From assembly GCA_041674105.1 (NCBI GenBank), contig JBAYWK010000001.1:82190-146189 (forward strand): a stretch of 64,000 nucleotides of DNA. The letters run 5' to 3'. The notes under the pieces are model-generated. The model was given only the letters and a program-made list of their open reading frames with translations. It had not been told where the DNA came from and did no database searches. The DNA is from Minisyncoccota bacterium. Lineage in GTDB: Bacteria > Patescibacteriota > Minisyncoccia > Phycocordibacterales > DATDWN01. The position numbers and the translations under genes are program-made. This document shows, piece by piece, positions 58,130 to 64,000 of the stretch; the stretch's first letter is position 1; every line of letters starts with the position of its first letter.

Positions 58130-60067
58130 GTGGAATATCTAAAATCTCTAAATAATGAACAAAAAGAGGCCGTCCTTTCCACCGAAGGACCTGTTTGTAT
58201 AGTTGCCGGAGCAGGAGCTGGTAAAACCAAAACTGTAACTTACAGAATATTCCACCTTATAAAAAAAGGTGTCCTTCCAGAAAATATACTAGCCATAACT
58301 TTCACAAATAAAGCAGCTAAAGAAATGAAAGAGAGGGTTTTTTCTTTGATGAAAGAAAATAACTTGAACCTGAATACAAAACCTCATATAAGTACCTTCC
58401 ACTCGCTGGGAGTATCAATAATAAGACAAAACCATAACGCCCTAAATGTATCTAAAAACTTTACTATTTTTGATAAAACAGACCAAAAGAAAGCCGTAAA
58501 AGACGCTTGTGTAAGCATTGGTCTAGAACCAAAAGAGTATGTGGACAAAATTTCTCACATAATCTCAAACGAAAAAAATAATGGGAATGATTTGTCTTCA
58601 TATCTAGAGAAAACATCTTCAGACTATTTAAGTGAAGCTACAAAAAATGTGTGGACACTGTATGAAAAGGTTCTTCAAAAAGAAAAAGCTTTGGACTTTG
58701 ATGATTTACTTTTAAAAATAGTTCATTTATTTAAAAGAAACGAGGATATACTAGAAAAATATCAAAATTTCTATAAATATATCCATGTAGACGAGTACCA
58801 AGATACAAATAAGATTCAAAATGAGATAGTTGAACTGCTTGCTAGAAAGCTAAGAAATCTATGTATTGTTGGAGATACAGACCAAAATATATATAGCTGG
58901 AGAGGAGCTCAAATAAAAAATATGCTCCATTTTGAAAGAAAATATCCAGAGGTAAAAACTTTTTTTCTAGAACAAAACTATAGATCAACCAAAAAAATAC
59001 TCCTGGTCGCCAATAAAATTATTGAAAAAAATAGCTTTAGAATACCAAAAAAACTTTTCACAGAAAATGAAGACGGTGGAAATATAGGCTTATTTCAGGC
59101 CAGAAATGAAACAGATGAAGCTCATTTTATAGCCCTCAAATCTTTGGATTTGATAAATAACGGAGTTTCACCAAACCAAATAGCCGTACTTTATAGAGCA
59201 AACTTTCAATCTAGAGCTTTGGAAGAAGCTTGCATTGGCTACAATGTTCCTTATCAAATGATTGGAACAAAATTCTTTGAAAGAAAAGAAATTAAAGATG
59301 TTTTTGCTTATATAAAAGCATCTATTTTAGGGGAAACAACAAGTGATTTTGTCAGAGCTATTTCTGTTCCACCTAGAGGAATAGGAAAGACTACTATCCA
59401 CAAAATATTAAACAACGAAGAAGGGGCATTGCCTCCTTCCACCAAAATAAAAATAAAACAATTTAGAGAACTCCTTTCTGAATTTCAAAAAACTTTAACT
59501 ACCCAAAAACCAAGTGAAGCAATAAAATTTATAATAACCCAATCTGGTTTAGATAAAATGTACGATACGAAAAAAGAAGAGGATATGGAAAGATTGGAAA
59601 ACATTATGGAGCTCGTCTCTCTAGCTACCCATTATGACGAAATGCCTCCAGAAGATGCTATAAACCAATTTTTAACAGATGGAGCTCTTGTTTCAGACCA
59701 AGACAACATAGATGAAACCAAAGAGGGAATACACCTAATGACTGTTCATGCCTCAAAAGGTTTAGAGTTTGATTATGTTTTTGTCTGCGGTCTAGAAGCC
59801 GACCTATTTCCTCATAATAGATTTAACGAATCCAAAAAATCAGGAGAAGATTCTGAAGAAGAGAGAAGACTTTTCTATGTAGCTGTAACCAGAACGAAGA
59901 AGAAACTCTTTTTGACCTTTGCCCAAACTAGAACTATTTTTGGAACAACCCAAATAAATGCTCCATCAGAATTTCTAGAAGACATACCAGAAGAATATAC
60001 AGAAAAGGAAAGCTATGGCTCACAGCCCCTAAAAAGTCATAAAGTTCTATATAGTATTGACTTTTAA
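58130..60067 (+). CDS. pcrA: ATP-dependent DNA helicase PcrA/UvrD
   Basis: AGAGAGKT, VDEYQD, VGDTDQNIY, TVHASKGLEF, EERRLFYVA. Confidence 0.95.
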   Translation: MEYLKSLNNEQKEAVLSTEGPVCIVAGAGAGKTKTVTYRIFHLIKKGVLPENILAITFTNKAAKEMKERVFSLMKENNLNLNTKPHISTFHSLGVSIIRQNHNALNVSKNFTIFDKTDQKKAVKDACVSIGLEPKEYVDKISHIISNEKNNGNDLSSYLEKTSSDYLSEATKNVWTLYEKVLQKEKALDFDDLLLKIVHLFKRNEDILEKYQNFYKYIHVDEYQDTNKIQNEIVELLARKLRNLCIVGDTDQNIYSWRGAQIKNMLHFERKYPEVKTFFLEQNYRSTKKILLVANKIIEKNSFRIPKKLFTENEDGGNIGLFQARNETDEAHFIALKSLDLINNGVSPNQIAVLYRANFQSRALEEACIGYNVPYQMIGTKFFERKEIKDVFAYIKASILGETTSDFVRAISVPPRGIGKTTIHKILNNEEGALPPSTKIKIKQFRELLSEFQKTLTTQKPSEAIKFIITQSGLDKMYDTKKEEDMERLENIMELVSLATHYDEMPPEDAINQFLTDGALVSDQDNIDETKEGIHLMTVHASKGLEFDYVFVCGLEADLFPHNRFNESKKSGEDSEEERRLFYVAVTRTKKKLFLTFAQTRTIFGTTQINAPSEFLEDIPEEYTEKESYGSQPLKSHKVLYSIDF

Positions 60068-60093
60068 CTATTTAAATGGTTTTATAGTTTAAT

Positions 60094-60873
60094 ATGCTTC
60101 CTAAAAAATCTCTTGGACAGAACTTTTTAATATCACCTTACCCTGTGTCAGACATTATAAAAACCTCTAACATAAAAAAGGGTGATGTTGTACTAGAAAT
60201 AGGGCCGGGTAAAGGTATTTTGACCTCATCTTTACTCCTAGCTGGAGCAGTTGTCTTCTGTGTAGAAAAAGACCGAGAGCTCATACCTTTTTTAAAAGAA
60301 AAGTTTAAAAAAGAAATAAAACAAAAAAGACTAAATATTTTGGAAGGAGATATCCTTTTGTTTGATATAGAAAAGACCTTGAAAGAGGACTACAAACTCA
60401 TAGCAAATATTCCATACTACATAACAGGGCAAATTATTCGTAAGTTTTTGGAAACAAAAAATAAACCAAAAGATATTGTTTTACTTGTTCAAAAAGAAGT
60501 AGCTGAAAGAATTGTGGCAAAAGATAAAAAAGAAAGTCTTTTGTCTATAAGTGTAAAATTTTATGGAAAACCTTTTTACATAAGGACTGTCTCCAAGGGT
60601 TCTTTTTTACCAAAACCAAAAGTTGATTCTGCTATTTTGCATATAAAAGATATTGATTCTAGCAAATCGAAAGATCTCGATAGTGAAAAGTTTTTTGAAA
60701 TTTTACACTTAGGCTTTGCTCATAAAAGAAAACAGCTCCTACCAAATTTGGCAAGAGTGTTTTCAAAAGAGAAGGCTTTGCAAGCTTTTTCCGAAATAAA
60801 TCTAAATCCTAAAACTAGACCGGAAAATCTTTTATTGGAAGATTGGATAAACCTATCTCGTAAACTAGTCTAA
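60094..60873 (+). CDS. rsmA: 16S rRNA dimethyladenosine transferase
   Basis: KKSLGQNFL, LEIGPGKG, ANIPYYIT, PKVDSA. Confidence 0.97.
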   Translation: MLPKKSLGQNFLISPYPVSDIIKTSNIKKGDVVLEIGPGKGILTSSLLLAGAVVFCVEKDRELIPFLKEKFKKEIKQKRLNILEGDILLFDIEKTLKEDYKLIANIPYYITGQIIRKFLETKNKPKDIVLLVQKEVAERIVAKDKKESLLSISVKFYGKPFYIRTVSKGSFLPKPKVDSAILHIKDIDSSKSKDLDSEKFFEILHLGFAHKRKQLLPNLARVFSKEKALQAFSEINLNPKTRPENLLLEDWINLSRKLV

Positions 60874-60875
60874 TA

Positions 60876-62900
60876 CTATTTCAGTTGATTTAATTGTTCT
60901 TGAAGAAGACTAACTTGTGACAAAAGTACTGTTATTTGACTCTGAATATCCTGAACTTGCTTTGCAGTTAGAGCAACTTTTTGTGTAGAACCAGTGGTAC
61001 TTGTTTGAGTAGTTCCTGTAGAAGTTATAGTGACACCTTCAGATTTCTTTATAGTATTTACATTACTCATAAAGCTTTCTGGGCTGTTGTATCCACTATT
61101 AACAGCATACCCATAATATTTTCCTACTTCTTCGCTGTTTCTGTTTATAAACAGGAATCTGGCAAACTCGTCTTCACATCTCATAAAGCGTTGGGCCATA
61201 CCCCAGGTGTAAGCATTTCCATAGAAAGAAGCTGGATTATAAGCTCTTATATCTTTGAGATCTGTTGCTTCTCCGGGCTGTGCAGTGAGTGATACTCCAA
61301 GTAAACTCAAAACTTTCTCATGTCCAACTTTTGAAATTTTTTGATCTGTAAGAATCCAAGTGTCTCCTTTCTTCAAAAGAAGATTGTCTTCTGAATTTAT
61401 CCCTGATGTTTTCTCATATGGATTAAACCCAATATTTCCAAAATATATAGGAGTAGGAGCAGTAGCTACACCTCCGACATATGTTACTTCTGGACTATCG
61501 TACCAAAAACCTCTGTAATACTCACCTTGACTCGCAGATCTCAAGACACTTCCCAAATAAAACTTTGAGTCCTGTTGAGTTACACCAGTTGGAGATGTCC
61601 ACAAAGCACAAGATGTTGAATACGCTGGAACCTTGCTAGCTAATGGTTTTTCAAAAACTAGAGGTGTATACACTTGAGGAGTAAAAACAACTCCTGTACT
61701 GCCTGTATTTACACTTGTAGAACCTGTATTTGTGGTGCTTGTACACTTGGAATTCATGTAGTCTCTAGTGCTTTTGCCAAAATAACCAGTGCCTTGTGTC
61801 AAATTAACTGGTGTCAGTATTTGAGAAGTATACTTCTCTTGATATGCCACTACTCCAGCAAAAACTGTTTGATCGAATGAATTACTTTGAGAAGATAGGA
61901 GTCCTTCTGCAACAAGTCTGGCTGTCAGGTTTGTAACATCTAGACCTGTACTGCCAAGCTTTAAATCTGAGTTGAAAACATAACAAGCTGAATTTGTACC
62001 AGAAGAAGCACTTGTACCACCTGTAGTTGTTTGTGTACCAGTATTTGTATTCAAACCAATACTACCTATTGAACCCATTGACTTGTTGAAGTCATCAAAC
62101 AGAGAATCTACCAGTTTTCTGGCTAGATTTACAGGAGTATCTGAACCGACAGATGAGTTTGTAGTACTACTTCCGCCAGTAGAACCCGTGTTTGTTATCG
62201 GCTGTGTTGTAGGTGTTTGAGATGTTGAAGTTTGGCAAGAAGAATTTTCTACATTTTTCTTTATTTCATCAAGTGGCATATTTAAGTTAACGGTGCCGTC
62301 AATGCCTAATCTATAGGTCATCATATAACGTATAGTATTTAATCCTCCATAACATTCAAATTTTGGATTCCATAGATTTTCAAAAGCGTATTTGGCTATA
62401 TCGTCTCTACCAATCAAGAACCAATCTGCAAAAGCTTCAAGTGTGACAGCGGTATTATTGTTTCGCCCGTCATATAGTGTCCACGATCCGGGAGGAACAT
62501 TTCTTCCTGAATTTGAACCGCAAATTACATTTGTCACTCTTCCTGCAGCAATTTCTTGGAGAGGGCAACTTCCAGGGGTATTGTATATTTTAACATTTAG
62601 ACCTAGGAGTTCGGCTATTTTTCTACCACCAAAATCACTTAACCATCTGTTGTTTATAGTCCATTTTTGACCATTATCAACATTTGTCCCAGCCCAAGTG
62701 TCAAAAGGATCAGCCCCAAAGGAACCCCATCCATTTGGCATAGCAGCAGAAACACTTCCATCTGCATTTATGATTGGGTTACCCCAAACATAAGGTGTAC
62801 CTGTAAAGTTTGTAGCTGGATTAGACTGAGCCGAAGCGAAACTAAATACTCCGCAAAAAACAAAAATTGATAAAACTAACCTGTATAATATTTTTTTCAT
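60876..62900 (-). CDS. Secreted/surface protein with Thr/Ser/Gly linkers and a peptidoglycan-binding-like domain
   Basis: Signal peptide ASA-Q; DLKLGSTGLDVTNL...YQEKY...TGYFGKSTR. Confidence 0.8.
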   Translation of the reverse strand: MKKILYRLVLSIFVFCGVFSFASAQSNPATNFTGTPYVWGNPIINADGSVSAAMPNGWGSFGADPFDTWAGTNVDNGQKWTINNRWLSDFGGRKIAELLGLNVKIYNTPGSCPLQEIAAGRVTNVICGSNSGRNVPPGSWTLYDGRNNNTAVTLEAFADWFLIGRDDIAKYAFENLWNPKFECYGGLNTIRYMMTYRLGIDGTVNLNMPLDEIKKNVENSSCQTSTSQTPTTQPITNTGSTGGSSTTNSSVGSDTPVNLARKLVDSLFDDFNKSMGSIGSIGLNTNTGTQTTTGGTSASSGTNSACYVFNSDLKLGSTGLDVTNLTARLVAEGLLSSQSNSFDQTVFAGVVAYQEKYTSQILTPVNLTQGTGYFGKSTRDYMNSKCTSTTNTGSTSVNTGSTGVVFTPQVYTPLVFEKPLASKVPAYSTSCALWTSPTGVTQQDSKFYLGSVLRSASQGEYYRGFWYDSPEVTYVGGVATAPTPIYFGNIGFNPYEKTSGINSEDNLLLKKGDTWILTDQKISKVGHEKVLSLLGVSLTAQPGEATDLKDIRAYNPASFYGNAYTWGMAQRFMRCEDEFARFLFINRNSEEVGKYYGYAVNSGYNSPESFMSNVNTIKKSEGVTITSTGTTQTSTTGSTQKVALTAKQVQDIQSQITVLLSQVSLLQEQLNQLK

Positions 62901-62981
62901 AAAATTTAATTTAACAACCTGTTATGCACAGAATTATAACATTTTAATATTATTAAATATGTTATAATTATCCACATATTC

Positions 62982-63920
62982 ATGAAGGCTCCGACTCAAA
63001 AAACTATTTTTATACTCATTATTTGTTTAGCTTCTGTTTTTGCGGTGTGGATATTTAGTAAACAGACTAAAAAAATTGCCGAAAAGAACACAACTCTATC
63101 CGTTATTGAAACTCCTAAAAAAATAGATTCTGCTGATTCTGACGAGGATGACTTAGAAGATTGGATGGAAACCTTACTTGGAACAGACCCCCAAAACAAA
63201 GATACGGATGGAGATGGAACAGAAGATGGAAAAGAAGTCAGAGAGGGAAGAGATCCTAGAATAAAAGGGCCAAATGATAAAAATCCGTATATAATGAATA
63301 ATCTAGTAGCCCCAAGTAAAGCTACAACAACCAAAACAAGCCAAGATGATACACTGACAGATGAAGTTTCTAAAGATCTTTTAGGTAGATATATGCTACT
63401 TAAACAATCCGGAGGACAAATAAGTTCTGACCAAGCAGGTCAAATAGCTGAACTGAGTTTAGACAACCCAGACAACCAAATAAAAGGAGTTATTTACATA
63501 TCAAGTGACCTAAATATCACTAAAAATACTGACAAAGCAACAGCAGGAGCATACGAAAAAGCTTTTGAAGACAGCGTGAGTAGAAATTTCACAGGAAAAG
63601 TCGGCAGAGAACTGCTCATTTTGGAAGACTCTTTAAAACTTGAGGATGAGGAGGAAATAAAAAAACTTGACCCTATAATAGTTTATTATGAGAATTTTAT
63701 AAAAGAAATGACAAAGATTTCTGTCCCAATAGATGCTGTTGGTCTACATTTAGAAAGCATAAATAACGCAAGTCTAATGTTAGAACACATAAAAGCTATG
63801 CGTAAAATATATGAAGACCCTATTAGAGCTTTTATCGCCACTTCAACATACGGAGATGTCTTTGAAAACATAACTATTTCTGTCCAGAAACTTGACAAGT
63901 ATTTTGATTCGAAAAAATAA
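62982..63920 (+). CDS. Membrane-anchored protein with thrombospondin type-3-like Ca-binding repeats
   Basis: DSDEDDLEDWME..GTDP..KDTDGDGTEDGKEV..GRDP. Confidence 0.85.
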   Translation: MKAPTQKTIFILIICLASVFAVWIFSKQTKKIAEKNTTLSVIETPKKIDSADSDEDDLEDWMETLLGTDPQNKDTDGDGTEDGKEVREGRDPRIKGPNDKNPYIMNNLVAPSKATTTKTSQDDTLTDEVSKDLLGRYMLLKQSGGQISSDQAGQIAELSLDNPDNQIKGVIYISSDLNITKNTDKATAGAYEKAFEDSVSRNFTGKVGRELLILEDSLKLEDEEEIKKLDPIIVYYENFIKEMTKISVPIDAVGLHLESINNASLMLEHIKAMRKIYEDPIRAFIATSTYGDVFENITISVQKLDKYFDSKK

Positions 63921-64000
63921 AACTTTTCAACACAGTTGGCTAGCTTTTAAAAGACATAGTGTTATATAATTGACCTATATAATACTATGTCTTTTTACAA

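Noticed and set aside
351-63898. Numerous 60-150 aa ORFs antisense to or overlapping conserved genes
   Set aside because: Phe/Ser/Leu-rich translations typical of the reverse strand of A-rich genes; no independent evidence

Overview
AT-rich bacterial chromosome segment, most consistent with Patescibacteria/CPR (Parcubacteria-like). This assignment is inferred from the fragmented str/S10 operons, FKBP-less trigger factor, split ComEC, type IV pilus locus and mostly SD-less genes. The coding content is mainly housekeeping: ribosomal proteins, EF-G/EF-Tu, nusA, clpP, rny, HU, cca, xth, a Xer-type recombinase, pcrA and rsmA, plus competence/pilus genes and orphans. The most unusual signals are non-coding. 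(1) An intact tRNA-Pro(UGG) is nested inside the anticodon loop of a second, split tRNA-Pro(GGG). (2) A family of structured elements is fused to tRNA 3' ends; each carries a segment antisense to its own tRNA, a shared core and a terminal repeat of the tRNA end. (3) Several families of palindromic intergenic repeats, some TA-flanked, show compensatory base changes. (4) Several promoter-to-terminator units contain no ORF, including a ~190-nt multi-branch RNA upstream of rpsL. (5) A cluster of about eight parS-like sites, five of them fully inside coding sequence, lies next to DnaA boxes. All calls were made by eye; no searches or folding programs were run.
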